A DNA stretch of 56,757 nucleotides, counting the filler, from Barthelona sp. PAP020 (taxonomy: Eukaryota): NCBI GenBank assembly GCA_040182905.1. It is 3 parts of 3 records of this genome, joined end to end, with 100 filler letters (N's around TTAATTAATTAA, not from the genome) between each part and the next. Parts side by side here need not be neighbours in the genome. Positions count along the whole stretch, not along the records: positions 19,049 to 37,980 come from JARQWU010000217.1; positions 38,081 to 56,757 come from JARQWU010000218.1; 1 more part is not named here. The stretch is one strand, 5' to 3'. The translations under genes were made by a program, and so were the position numbers. The notes beneath the pieces were generated by a model, which worked only from the letters and a program-made list of their open reading frames with translations, was not told where the DNA came from and searched no databases. Below, one piece after another: positions 33,101 to 42,484 of this stretch. Every line of letters begins with the position of its first letter. The first letter of the stretch is position 1.

Positions 33101-34069
33101 GATTAAAAACAAAGATATGTAAGCAAAATCTAAAAGCCTGATAGAATTTGTGTACTCAAATCCATTCAAACTTGAAAAGATTTGTTGATATGCTGTAAAA
33201 GTAACATTCAATTGATAATCATTCAGGATGATTTCATTTTCTTTGAACAAATCTTTTTTTCCTGAAATATTTGAAATATTTGAAACTTTTGGAATGTTTT
33301 TAATGGTTAATTTTTTTTCATTGTAGAAGAAATTATCAATGGAAAAATTAAAATTTGCTTCAAAATTTTCAAATATTTCAGGAAAAAAAGATACAATCAC
33401 TCGAATTGTTTCAAGATTTTCAAACTTTTTCGAAAGTATATCAGCATTCAGATCAATTTTCACATCAGCCTCAGCAGATGTTAAAAAAGTTGTCAGAACT
33501 TCATGACGATTGTATAGCAAACATTTCTCAATAACATATTTATAAATTTCTTCTTTCATTGTATCATCCAAAGAATTAAAAGTAGTAACCAAATAATAGC
33601 TATAATCACAATAAATACAAGAAAGAAACATTATTTTCTCATCAATAATAGGTACAGTATCAATAGATTCTTTCATCCATTGATTTAAATAAACAAGATT
33701 TGATAAATTGGTTTCAAAATCTATGTTTGAAAAGAATAGATGATTTTCCATTAATATTTTCAATTTTTCATATTGTTTTTGATATACTAACATACCAAAT
33801 AAGGTTATACCATAGTTGGTAGCGATAGATAAATACTCATTTATGAATTCAAAATTTTCAATCTGTAAAAAGATAATAAAATCATTTATTATATCAATAG
33901 GTTGATGGGAAAAAATATAAAAGATAGGTGAATAACCTTTATCATCAAGATATTCATTTGGTTTAAATTTGAAAAATCGAAATAACAAAGGAAAATGTTT
34001 GCTTATACTTGCACAATGATATGGATATATTAGTTTTGAATGTTCATCAAGAATATTAACAAAACTCAT
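30119..34069 (-). CDS. Ankyrin-repeat protein with RING-like Cys/His cluster and degenerate kinase-like segment (ORF open to 34180)
   Basis: ANK motifs DDKGYSPIF, DEDGRTILFKAV...LLEYGSNP, DKRGITPLM. CRNC...GCFHVGYYCNHCFDKCPQC cluster. DYHEQHIAFGNISP resembles kinase subdomain VI. Confidence 0.75.
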   Translation of the reverse strand: MSFVNILDEHSKLIYPYHCASISKHFPLLFRFFKFKPNEYLDDKGYSPIFYIFSHQPIDIINDFIIFLQIENFEFINEYLSIATNYGITLFGMLVYQKQYEKLKILMENHLFFSNIDFETNLSNLVYLNQWMKESIDTVPIIDEKIMFLSCIYCDYSYYLVTTFNSLDDTMKEEIYKYVIEKCLLYNRHEVLTTFLTSAEADVKIDLNADILSKKFENLETIRVIVSFFPEIFENFEANFNFSIDNFFYNEKKLTIKNIPKVSNISNISGKKDLFKENEIILNDYQLNVTFTAYQQIFSSLNGFEYTNSIRLLDFAYISLFLIFNPYSSLDIFNIIDRISNFNSMMDVEEVEEVENTSVSWINTAISLNFEYFQRHYSLLRENLDIELCAASNSLSLVLKEIKVVTEKMWKLSFKYCPTNLCMLNRIQKPPNTIIFQINNFDEDNLRLFSHIIDLNKLDEDGRTILFKAVIEQKITDVKWLLEYGSNPLWTDKRGITPLMLVFKTANIKILEMFLDTIFDRDLEDVLKKVKEIPVEFLQFDRICKNLPKSSKIIFNSDSNTYKYDILNIKKTPFYSLDFFPKNSLDDLLDNIDPLKLVQDLYNLQSFAKNSQIFKLIPLLREINENPSLFSVIQNEPIEEFSFIDIPEYYEDEIDFDAVNLHQSFYEIVLNCPYNEQFIKLCHIFESFNESFTNVFFSSDIEYDFDILAFLPLENIIREYQSQQKSNDKLWCFYELLCVLGLFLVSFKERSEYLKGKKVIDEKFLAKFNNDTTLMFCKQLYPHTIFYTTNSTITKDIDRLKTTTFNFYSCRNCGQRLTYWKGCFHVGYYCNHCFDKCPQCLHCFKHVESVLLNQPETIPLLSVLQDDFLLLDSLVFKQLADITILTNSYLIHLLREEDDQPFTFVLPLGTLNGWSFSITGQPLMTKYGIGILLNNHYSFLYNNWSINNFLYVCGHVKDYHEQHIAFGNISPYSTIISMNNVFIEPNCSNSNSKTHTKHDEWMQKVIGFNEMLSYFELDILCLKSMLMENESFETCEAREELNLIQTTDELINYISDYFDINISLLDPLQIDTYHAKEIVFAEENIQNSMFEHLINYPLGCFGTSYDISKLIGIKISKDEDKSLNFYVFTHFIDDWLGSTPTTFGNSTKKCILSLPNGKVINEQVPNNYVENVIRLILLTSYVERFCPMYPFVYFCCYFFETENNEILKKFENFSATGIKSKFTYRNCSKIHFTISDTQNVSGDRFHVNYGSISINVNDDTDDIIEFFDGIMVENIPRKPSKLSNNCTMYGIIAIGILVNDKIYVFYDSNNEIIQIN

Positions 34070-34305
34070 GAAAATAAATCGCCGGTAAAAAAAAAGAAGT
34101 TTTGTTTCCAAGATTTCTTTATTTTTGTAAAAGAATTTGTGTTGCATTTCGGTCAAATACAAAACTTTACAATTAAACACAACCTTTTTTGATATATAAA
34201 CGATCTAAAAATGACTTTTTTCAATTAAAAGAAATTTCTGTGGTTTTGAAGCTTGAAGTAAACTAACAATGAAAGAAATAACGGATTAAGGTTTAACCAA
34301 TCAAA

Positions 34306-35547
34306 TTAATAAATAAAAAACTGAAAAAAGGTGTTAAATGGAGGTCGAGGTTCAGTTTCATCATCATCATTCCTTTGTTCTTCTACAAATGAGTGCATAT
34401 TACCACATTCTATTTTATTGACAAAAACCAAATCCGAACATGTGTCAGCAATCATCTTGTACTCCTCTTCATTCATACAAATACCTCTTGCTAATAATTG
34501 TCTAATGACTCGAATATCCATGTTAAAAGCAATAAGATTGGATATCACATGACCACCATTCTTTGATAATTCAACGAGTTCATCTGCATGACAACCGTAA
34601 TAGTCAGGTTGAATGGAATATATTTTGATTGAGTTTTTACATCTTCCACATGCTAATTGTGTCCTGTCAGGTGAAATATCAAAAGAGAAAAATTCCCTGT
34701 CACAACCACAATGAATTTTCTGAATCCACTGAAAGCGATCCATATTGTATGATGAAATATAACCATCTCCAGACATAATGAATAAAACAGCGGGGTTTAT
34801 GAACTGAAGGGAATATACTGCACCTTTGATGTTAAATGTGTGAATAAGAGAACCATCGTCCATATTCCACAGTTTGACTTTGTTTGATGTATCTCCAACT
34901 GCGATTATTCTTTTAGTTGGATGGAAATCGATGGCTTCAATATTTGCATCTTGGTCAAATGAACAAATAACAGATAAATTTTGAGACTCAACTAACTTGG
35001 CTGAAGAATCATTAATCCCAGTTAAAAGATGTTTTCCATCTGCTGAAAGCTTTAATTTCCAGATTCCTTCCGGAAGTGTTGCAATTTTCAAAACATTGCC
35101 ATTTTTTGCATCATATTTCCAAAGATTACCATCTTCATCACCAGAATATAAATATTTGGAACAATGGGAGAAACAAACTACAAATAAAGGAGAATTGTTA
35201 CTCACCTTATTTAATATGGAGAAATCTTTAAGGTTGTATATGATAATAGATTCATTATAGGATAACGTCGCCATTTTTTGTCCATCTGGTGAAAAAGCAA
35301 CACCATTAACTATACCTGTATGATCTCTCAAAACAAGATTCAATGTTCGAGTTTCCACATCAACTATATGAACTTCATTCTCCAAACCAAGATAAACCAA
35401 CCATTTACCATCCGGCGAGTATTTACAATCAAAAGTGTAATCGGATAGTACACCTTCAATTTCGAACAAAGGGTTTTCATCAATTTTAGGCCAAAGAAAA
35501 TCACGCATGATCTTCCCTACCAATTCGTACCTTGAATCAGAAGACAT
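34306..35547 (-). CDS. WD40 beta-propeller protein (about 7 repeats) with ~74-aa C-terminal domain shared with 42485-43570
   Basis: YSPDGKWL, HTGIVNGVAFSPDGQKM, FHPTKRIIAVGD..VKLWN repeats. First ATG at 35547. Confidence 0.9.
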   Translation of the reverse strand: MSSDSRYELVGKIMRDFLWPKIDENPLFEIEGVLSDYTFDCKYSPDGKWLVYLGLENEVHIVDVETRTLNLVLRDHTGIVNGVAFSPDGQKMATLSYNESIIIYNLKDFSILNKVSNNSPLFVVCFSHCSKYLYSGDEDGNLWKYDAKNGNVLKIATLPEGIWKLKLSADGKHLLTGINDSSAKLVESQNLSVICSFDQDANIEAIDFHPTKRIIAVGDTSNKVKLWNMDDGSLIHTFNIKGAVYSLQFINPAVLFIMSGDGYISSYNMDRFQWIQKIHCGCDREFFSFDISPDRTQLACGRCKNSIKIYSIQPDYYGCHADELVELSKNGGHVISNLIAFNMDIRVIRQLLARGICMNEEEYKMIADTCSDLVFVNKIECGNMHSFVEEQRNDDDETEPRPPFNTFFQFFIY

Positions 35548-35731
35548 ACCAAATTGTTGATGAAAAACAAAACTCTTCAATTGATTTTTTTTGTTGGAAA
35601 TACAATTTCCTTATAAACTGTCTTAAAACATATAATTCAATGTTTTTCATTTTTGATTAAGATTATTGGTCAAACGAATGAAAAGGGCGATTGTTTGTTT
35701 ATTTGTTTGCACTTTTACATCATACTCAATT

Positions 35732-37372
35732 ATGACCCACCTTGGTTTCAAAACGAACGAAATTAAGGAAGCTTTGGAAAAAGACGAGAAGAATTCAAAG
35801 AAAGAAATGAAATACGATGAAATTGATGAAAATCATCCATTGTTTTTAAATATTACCAATTATAAGATAACTATACATGGTCAACATAATACCAAAGGGT
35901 GTTTGTACCAATTGAAATTTCGAATTGGTAATATTTTTTGCAGTACTGATTTATTCAATATAAATTCTGAAGAATACATTGAAGATGCATGTGAATCTAT
36001 CAGTTTATCATTAGGTTTACAAGATCTTAATGAACTTCAATCTGTGTATCCATTAAATATTTATTTGATTGAACAAAAGATTGATTTAGCTAGTAAAGGA
36101 AAAGTTACCACTAATAAACAACTAATTGGTGGAGCAATTCATAATTTCAAATCTAATATTATCAAAGGGGAAGGTGATTGTTTGGAGATTTTAGATTTGT
36201 ATTGCAACATTGATAAAACTCGAATTATTCTTGACATCAAGTACGAATTGAATAGTTTACCTTCCAATTTTGACAGAGAGGAGGTTATTAATACTATATC
36301 GACTCATGACAGTTTGGTTTTAGGGAAGTTTTATCGTTTTACTGACTATTATACGCAAAAATCTCACAAAGCGTCATTATATTCGATAGTAAAGTCACAA
36401 CTGCATTTATTTGGAAAGAATTTCAATGGAGATCTATTACCTTCAGTTTGTTTCTTTCAAGCGTTACAGACACCGCCTGAATTGGAATCTGTTGTGGATT
36501 GCCTGAGGTATTGCCATCTATTATCATGTAGAAATGATTCTATATTTATTCCTTCGGATATTTGGTTAAATCCAGTGGAAAGCTTGATGTTAAAGTCTAA
36601 CAGGACATTACATTTGAACGTGTTGCTTGTTGCATTGCTTAAAAGTTTTGGATTGGATGCAAAGTTGTTGTTTGCTTTAACTGCAGAAAATGATTTAATC
36701 TCATATGTCTTCACAACAAGAAATACACAACCGTTATTATGGGATGTTGAAACAGGCTTTCGCCATCCTTTTATGTCGAATGTAAGAAAATTTGTGGGTA
36801 TTAAGTATGTTCTGTCAATTATGGATGAACTCAACGTATACATCAATAAACAACGAACAGAATTTCCGAACATTTCATTTGATCTACAGAAATCACATTG
36901 GAATATTTTTTCTGTAAACAATTACCATTCAGTGGATTATTTCAACCTTGCTAACCCATCCATATCGAATTTTGTAATCTCAAATCATAGTTACCTGAGA
37001 AACAATTTTATCAATGTGATGAAAGAAAATATTGAGGGTGCAATTGAGGATCCAATTGAAGAGCTCATGTTATTACGGCAGGTAGCCAAATTACATGTAA
37101 TCAAGGGAGAATTGGGAATAGAGATTGATTCCACAGATCTCAGTGATATGGTTTTTAGATTGAATAAACCAATCAGCATTTTGCCTTGTTTGGATATCAT
37201 CAGTTCTTCCTTTGATGAATGTTTGAAAGCATTTATTGAAAGTGAATTGTTTCATGATTTGAAGAGCGGAATTAAGAAAAATGACAGTTGTTCTTATGAC
37301 ATCTGTTGTCTGTTAAACTGTTTGCCAGGTGATCTCATACATTGTGTTATTGTGGGTGCATTGGTTCATTAA
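35732..37372 (+). CDS. CEP76/CC2D2A-like centriolar or transition-zone protein (C2-like plus inactive transglutaminase-like domain); upstream ATG at 35678 possible
   Basis: DIWLNPVESL...VLLVALLKSFGLDAKLL...YVFTTR...LWDVETG...NVYINKQ...SFDLQKSHW matches the CEP76/CC2D2A C-terminal pattern. Confidence 0.7.
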   Translation: MTHLGFKTNEIKEALEKDEKNSKKEMKYDEIDENHPLFLNITNYKITIHGQHNTKGCLYQLKFRIGNIFCSTDLFNINSEEYIEDACESISLSLGLQDLNELQSVYPLNIYLIEQKIDLASKGKVTTNKQLIGGAIHNFKSNIIKGEGDCLEILDLYCNIDKTRIILDIKYELNSLPSNFDREEVINTISTHDSLVLGKFYRFTDYYTQKSHKASLYSIVKSQLHLFGKNFNGDLLPSVCFFQALQTPPELESVVDCLRYCHLLSCRNDSIFIPSDIWLNPVESLMLKSNRTLHLNVLLVALLKSFGLDAKLLFALTAENDLISYVFTTRNTQPLLWDVETGFRHPFMSNVRKFVGIKYVLSIMDELNVYINKQRTEFPNISFDLQKSHWNIFSVNNYHSVDYFNLANPSISNFVISNHSYLRNNFINVMKENIEGAIEDPIEELMLLRQVAKLHVIKGELGIEIDSTDLSDMVFRLNKPISILPCLDIISSSFDECLKAFIESELFHDLKSGIKKNDSCSYDICCLLNCLPGDLIHCVIVGALVH

Positions 37373-37980
37373 GTTGTACTTGTGTGAAAATAGATATGTC
37401 TGTTTTATATGTGTAAATTTAGGAATGAATTTGATTTCTTTTTTCTCTTCATTATTTGTAAACTTAATTAAGGGATAATTGAGAGCACAATGAAAAATTT
37501 TACAAAATATATTAAATTTTTTTCATTTTTAACGTTTTGCAAAAGTTCAACAAAATAATAACATTGTGGAATAAATTAAATGCTTATTTCCCTTTAATTC
37601 TTACCAATCATTTTGATTTTTAATTGAAATACGCTGAATTATTTATGACGGTCACAAAATTGTTTGAAGATGGTTGAGAAAAAAAAAATTCAATTCAGTT
37701 TTTAACATTATATATTTCCATTGAAATAGTTTATTGATTTTATATCTGTTTTTTTTGGCAATAATAAAAGAGATGAAATAAGAATGAATCTTTCTATCAC
37801 ATGAAAAATCTCATCCATTCTTGGACTTTTGTGATATGTCTTCCTTTAATAATTCAACATTTTTCTTGCATGTTTGAAAATAACAGAATAATTCAGTCAT
37901 AGTATTTTTATTGTTTAACAAAAAAATGGCTGACTGGAAAAAGAATATTGATATCAATCAAGTTTGTGAATACAAATATA

Positions 37981-38080
37981 NNNNNNNNNNNNNNNNNNNN
38001 NNNNNNNNNNNNNNNNNNNNNNNNTTAATTAATTAANNNNNNNNNNNNNNNNNNNNNNNNNNNNNNNNNNNNNNNNNNNN
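37981..38080. other. Assembly gap with artificial linker TTAATTAATTAA (38025-38036)
   Basis: N44-TTAATTAATTAA-N44. Confidence 0.97.
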
Positions 38081-38140
38081 GAACCATCCACGCAAAACGA
38101 CTCAGTTGCAAGTACCCCCAAACTCTAACCGAGAACAATA

Positions 38141-38214
38141 AAGATCTTTATAAACATTTATTATTATTGTCGTGTGAAAGATCTTTATAAACATTTATTG
38201 TTATTGTCGTGTGA
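38141..38214. repeat. 37-bp tandem duplication (2 copies, 1 mismatch)
   Basis: AAGATCTTTATAAACATTTATT(A/G)TTATTGTCGTGTGA x2 with no spacer. Confidence 0.92.
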
Positions 38215-38298
38215 ATTTTGCCCTTTCGTCCAACGTGAATTTTGTCGAGTGAATTTTTTGTTGAAATGGAGACTCGATCCTCGGTACAATTTTTGAAT

Positions 38299-38305
38299 AA
38301 AAAAA
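38299..38305 (-). terminator. Pol III oligo-T terminator of tRNA-His
   Basis: T7 run 2 nt after the discriminator base on the minus strand. Confidence 0.7.
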
Positions 38306-38307
38306 CT

Positions 38308-38378
38308 TGCGCCAGGCTGGAACCGAACCAGCGCCTCCTCGGCCACAACGAGGTGTTCTACCATTATACTACAGGCGC
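38308..38378 (-). tRNA. tRNA-His(GTG), atypical (possibly a degenerate copy)
   Basis: GCGCCTG TA GTAT AATGGTA GAAC A CCTCG TTGTGGC CGAGG AGGC GCTGG TTCGGTT CCAGC CTGGCGC A. Anticodon GTG, U6.U67 mismatch, G at position 58. Confidence 0.85.
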
Positions 38379-38621
38379 ATAAACATTATATTTTTTCGGT
38401 TATGGTTATTTAATGTTATATTAAAATATTGTATTTATTTTAAATTTTTATTTTTAAATATTATGTTGATCTTTGAATATTTTGGGTTAATTTACTAAAT
38501 ATTTATAAAATTAATTTGGTTATAAAAAAATAATTATAAAAAGAGAATTAAGACAATTAATTTCAATTAATTATGATTTATAAAAAAAAGATTAAAATTG
38601 GAATTTAACAATTAAATATAT

Positions 38622-38899
38622 TTTTGGTCTAGTTGTGAAACAAGTATATTTATTTGGTCCAATTGTAAAACAACTATATTTATTTACAAAAGAAGTAAAC
38701 TCAGAAAACACATTCTAGTAAATATCAATCAAAATTCCAGGAGGGGAATTGAGGGACTGAAATGTTTGGGGAACGATCAAGTAAGCAAAATTTTAAAGTT
38801 TAAACTTTACCTTAGAAAATCTAAAATTTTTCAATAGATCAATCGGACCTTGAAAACCTTGAACAAATAAACATTATTGCTGTTTTTCATTCATACACA
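38622..38899 (+). repeat. Dispersed repeat copy homologous to 19490-19710, with an internal ~30-bp tandem duplication
   Basis: GTC.AGTTGTGAAACAA...GGAGGGGAATTGAGGGACTGAAATGT...ACTTTACCTTAGAAAATCTAAA...TAGATCAATCGGACCTTGAAAACCTT. Confidence 0.85.
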
Positions 38900-39410
38900 T
38901 GGGCCTTCTTCTTCGAAAGATTTTAACACTTTTCAAATCAATATTACTATTCAAGAATTTCTGTTGATCAAAAACATGAAGCAAACAGCAATCAATCCAT
39001 AATCACCAATCACTGAATCACAAACCACTGCCTTTGGTCTGAAGCAATAGGAATTAAGAAGATATGAAGATACTTATCCATTGGGATCTCACTGCTGCTC
39101 AGTCAAAGCTAACCAATTGTGGATTGAAGTGCAAAACAGCAAGAATAGATAGCACGATAAAGATTTCCCTTCGGTTGATATTCAGAAGAGAAACTGAGCT
39201 CACTTCAAAAGTTCACTGTTTGATTATCAATAACAAAATTGAATGGTTTATAAAATGTGGGTTACAGATATCCATACACTACAAATTTAAAATATGAATA
39301 GAAAGCTGTGATATAGAGTTGTGTGTTTACAAGTATCATTGATGTGCGATAATTTATCAACAGGCTGGGGTTTTGTGAAGTCAATTTTGTTGAAAGGTAA
39401 AAGTATTGGA

Positions 39411-41228
39411 TCAATTGTAAAAGGGCTGGAGAAGTTGCACAATTTTGGAATGACCTTGATCTCTGGCAATATCCATTGGTATCCATTCTTGTTGAAATTT
39501 AAGATTTACATCGACTCCATGATCTAATAGAAGTTTGACTGTGTCCAGGTGACCTTTTTCACAACTAATGTACAATGGAGAGGCGCCATCATTCCTACAC
39601 AAATTAACATCAGCCCCATGATCCAAGAAAATTTTGGCAAAATCAAGATGACCATTTTGACAACTAACATATAATGGAGAACTACCATCATTAGAACACA
39701 AATTAACATCAGCACCATGATTCAAGAGCATTTTGGCGATATCAAGGTGACTTCTTTCACAACTGATGTACAATGGAGAAAACCCCATTTTATCGCACAA
39801 ATTAACATCTGCTTCATGATCCAAGAGCATTTTGGTGATATCAAGATGACCATGTTCACAACTGATGTACAATGGAGAAAATCCATCATTCGTACACAAA
39901 TTAACATCAACCCCACGATCCAAGAGCATTTTGGCAACATTAAGATGACCATTTTGACAACAAACATATAATGGAGAAGCACCGTTATTATTGCATAAAC
40001 TAACATCAGCGCCAAAATCCAACAAAAATTGAACAACTTCTATATGCCCATTAAAAGCAGCTCCCCAAAGTGCTGTCCTTCTTTCCTTACCTTGTTTGTT
40101 CACATCAACGCCAGCTTTGATACACTGCTTGACAACCTCAAGATTACCATTGTACGCTCCGTAATATATCTTCTTTAGACGACCATTATCTTCAAATCCA
40201 TCCACATCGAACCCAGCTGGAACAACAACTTGATCTATATTATGCATAACATATGGGTCAACTTCCTCTTTAATACCTGTCTTTTCAACCACAGTATCGA
40301 CAAGCATCTTCAGATAATCAGCAATCAACTCGAATGACGGATGCTTGGCAGGGTTTTCATCAAAACACAGCTTTACAATACCATGGCCAGGAATCGAATC
40401 AATCATCTCATCGGAATATGGCAATTTCCCCTTAAGCAAATACATGTACACTCTACGATCATCAATGCCTTCAAAAGGACTAATGCCTGTCATTACATAA
40501 ATCATCATCACAGCATACGCCCACACATCAATAGCCTTTCGATTAATTTCGTCTTCATTTTCCCAAATAAGTATTTCAGGAGCAACATATGCAATAGCGC
40601 CTACCATGGAAACCATTGAAAAACTGTTGGCATTTTTCACAGTTCCAAAATCGCTCAAAGCAGGAATAAACTTTCCACTTACCTTCCTCAAAAGAACATT
40701 GTTGGGTTTTAGGTCGCCATGAACTAAGCCACATTCGTGACAGTAATCCATTGTGGAAGCAACCTGCATGAGTATTGTCAACTTTTTCATCAAAGAAAGG
40801 TTGGGTATTTCATGCTCTAGAACTGAATCACAAAATTCCATAACTATCCCAGTCTTGCCATTCATTTTGGTCACGCCATGAATTTGACGAATGCAAGGAT
40901 GATGCAGCGCCAGTGGAACGCATTCTTTGAGGAAATCATGTTCTGCAGGCTTCTTGTGAAAGAACTTAATGATATAAACAATTCCATATTTTTCAGCGGT
41001 GCTCAAACATCCAAATGCTCCAGTTGCAAAATGGGGATCAAGTATTTTGAAGGTAGATCCAAGAATTTCGGTAGGTTTCAAAGAATTCATAATCTCTGTG
41101 AATGATTCTAGATTGGGCATCCGATTCTTACTCTTTGATCGCCAGTTTGAAACAAAAATAATGTCAACTTCCTTTTCCTTCAGTTTAATTATATTTTTAA
41201 GGAATGCAATGTCAGTGTTAACAATCAT
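39411..41228 (-). CDS. Protein kinase fused to ankyrin repeats, 605 aa
   Basis: ATGAFG loop, IIK lysine, HGDLKPNN, DFG, APE and DVWAY motifs all present; followed by about 7 ANK repeats. Confidence 0.93.
   Translation of the reverse strand: MIVNTDIAFLKNIIKLKEKEVDIIFVSNWRSKSKNRMPNLESFTEIMNSLKPTEILGSTFKILDPHFATGAFGCLSTAEKYGIVYIIKFFHKKPAEHDFLKECVPLALHHPCIRQIHGVTKMNGKTGIVMEFCDSVLEHEIPNLSLMKKLTILMQVASTMDYCHECGLVHGDLKPNNVLLRKVSGKFIPALSDFGTVKNANSFSMVSMVGAIAYVAPEILIWENEDEINRKAIDVWAYAVMMIYVMTGISPFEGIDDRRVYMYLLKGKLPYSDEMIDSIPGHGIVKLCFDENPAKHPSFELIADYLKMLVDTVVEKTGIKEEVDPYVMHNIDQVVVPAGFDVDGFEDNGRLKKIYYGAYNGNLEVVKQCIKAGVDVNKQGKERRTALWGAAFNGHIEVVQFLLDFGADVSLCNNNGASPLYVCCQNGHLNVAKMLLDRGVDVNLCTNDGFSPLYISCEHGHLDITKMLLDHEADVNLCDKMGFSPLYISCERSHLDIAKMLLNHGADVNLCSNDGSSPLYVSCQNGHLDFAKIFLDHGADVNLCRNDGASPLYISCEKGHLDTVKLLLDHGVDVNLKFQQEWIPMDIARDQGHSKIVQLLQPFYN
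39500..40030 (-). repeat. 99-bp near-identical coding tandem repeats (ankyrin), 5 units
   Basis: CAAATTAACATCAGC..CATGATCCAAGAGCATTTTGG...CAAGATGACC...CAACTGATGTACAATGGAGAA recurs every 99 bp. Confidence 0.9.
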
Positions 41229-41559
41229 TGTGTGTGAAAAAGAAATTAAAAAAAGCTAAAATGGAATTTGATCTTTTGATGACGTTTGTAATACTTTTAC
41301 AGGAACAATCAGTCGTTGTTTTAATTTTGTCGTTATCCAAATGAAATAATTAGAATAGGTAGACTACTAGTACGTGATATTTTTGTCAATGTGTTATTTG
41401 ATTCTTTCTTGATCTCCTTTTTCCAATTAATGCACTCAATTGAACTTTTGACATTAAGTTAAGCATTGTGAAAGTATCGCATAATTATGAAAGTTTGTCA
41501 TAATCATGTTTGTTTGAATATTTTACAAATGACATTGTTCCAATTTATTTTGCAGATTT

Positions 41560-41780
41560 GTTGATGTAGTGATGGCGTTGATATATTCCTGCTCACGAAA
41601 TTCACAAATTGAACTTGCGAGAGTGCGATATGTATCATCAAATTTCCAGTTTTTCTTTCATTGATGAAACCTTTTTCACTTCTTCAATGAGAATCTCCAA
41701 CGTTGTTAGTGTGACAACCTTCAATTCAACTAATAAAAACAACATTATTTATTATAAACATTTTCTTTTCTTGTTGTGCT
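41560..41780 (-). mobile_element. Decayed Merlin/IS1016 (ISXO2-like) transposase fragment, copy 1
   Basis: Minus-strand translation IINNVVFIS*IEGCHTNNVGDSH*RSEKGFINERKTG then, in a shifted frame, TYRTLASSICEFRE; resembles VNH..FV...GxHTNxIExxWxxxK...LxSYLxEF. Confidence 0.55.
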
Positions 41781-41893
41781 AGAAAATCAAAAGTTTTTCA
41801 ACAGATCAATCGGGCCTTGAAAGCCTTTAACCAAACAAATACCATTCTTTTTTGTTTACTCATACACACAGTTCTTCTTGGCTTGGAAATGAT
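41779..41893 (+). repeat. Dispersed repeat core copy
   Basis: TAGAAAATCAAAAGTTTTTCAACAGATCAATCGGGCCTTGAAAGCCTTTAACCAAACAAA...GGCTTGGAAATGATT. Confidence 0.88.
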
Positions 41894-42484
41894 TACAAAA
41901 AAATTAATTCAAAGAATTCACTCAAATAAATTTTGGTCAAAACCAAAGGAAAGAATTAATGGACTTAAATGTAACTTCGACGATAAAGAAGGAAAATTTG
42001 GTGCAATTTTATTGGCCTTGTTCTTTGTATTAAGTAAAAGCAAAATTTTTAAGTTCTGACTTTTTTTGAAAATTAAAAATAGGAGAAGTTAACATAGAAA
42101 TATTGGTTTTGATCCCTCAAAAAGAGATTTATAGCACATTACCTTTGCTATGAATAGGACGAGGAGAATGTCATGATGAAATCCTTAACATTTACAACAC
42201 AAGCAATCCAGCAACTACTCTTTTGCTTTAAAAAAGAATTATCCAACAAGGTATTTTCTGTTTTAGACACAGAATCTGAGTTTTGTTTTGAATGAAAGAG
42301 GAAGTTCAATGTGAAGTCAAAGCTCCTCAAATGAAACATTCCAAGCCCTCTTTAAATCATTCAGTTAGTAACAAACCTTTCTTAGAGATTATATCAAAAA
42401 AAGAATAAACTACGATTTATATGTGAAAAAAAATTATCCACAAAACATGAATGGAATAAACATTTAACCACACAAAAGACCTTT

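Noticed and set aside
18949..38080. TTAATTAATTAA palindromes inside the two N runs
   Set aside because: Identical, centred in 100-nt gaps and giving stops in all six frames: an artificial contig linker.
38141..38214. 37-bp direct repeats as a CRISPR array
   Set aside because: Two abutting copies, no spacers, no cas genes, eukaryotic context.
39064..39297. 77-aa ORF with faint Tc1/mariner-like flavour (LTNCGLKCKTARI...RLIFRRE)
   Set aside because: Spacing does not fit and no DDE motifs are visible; left as an unassigned fragment.
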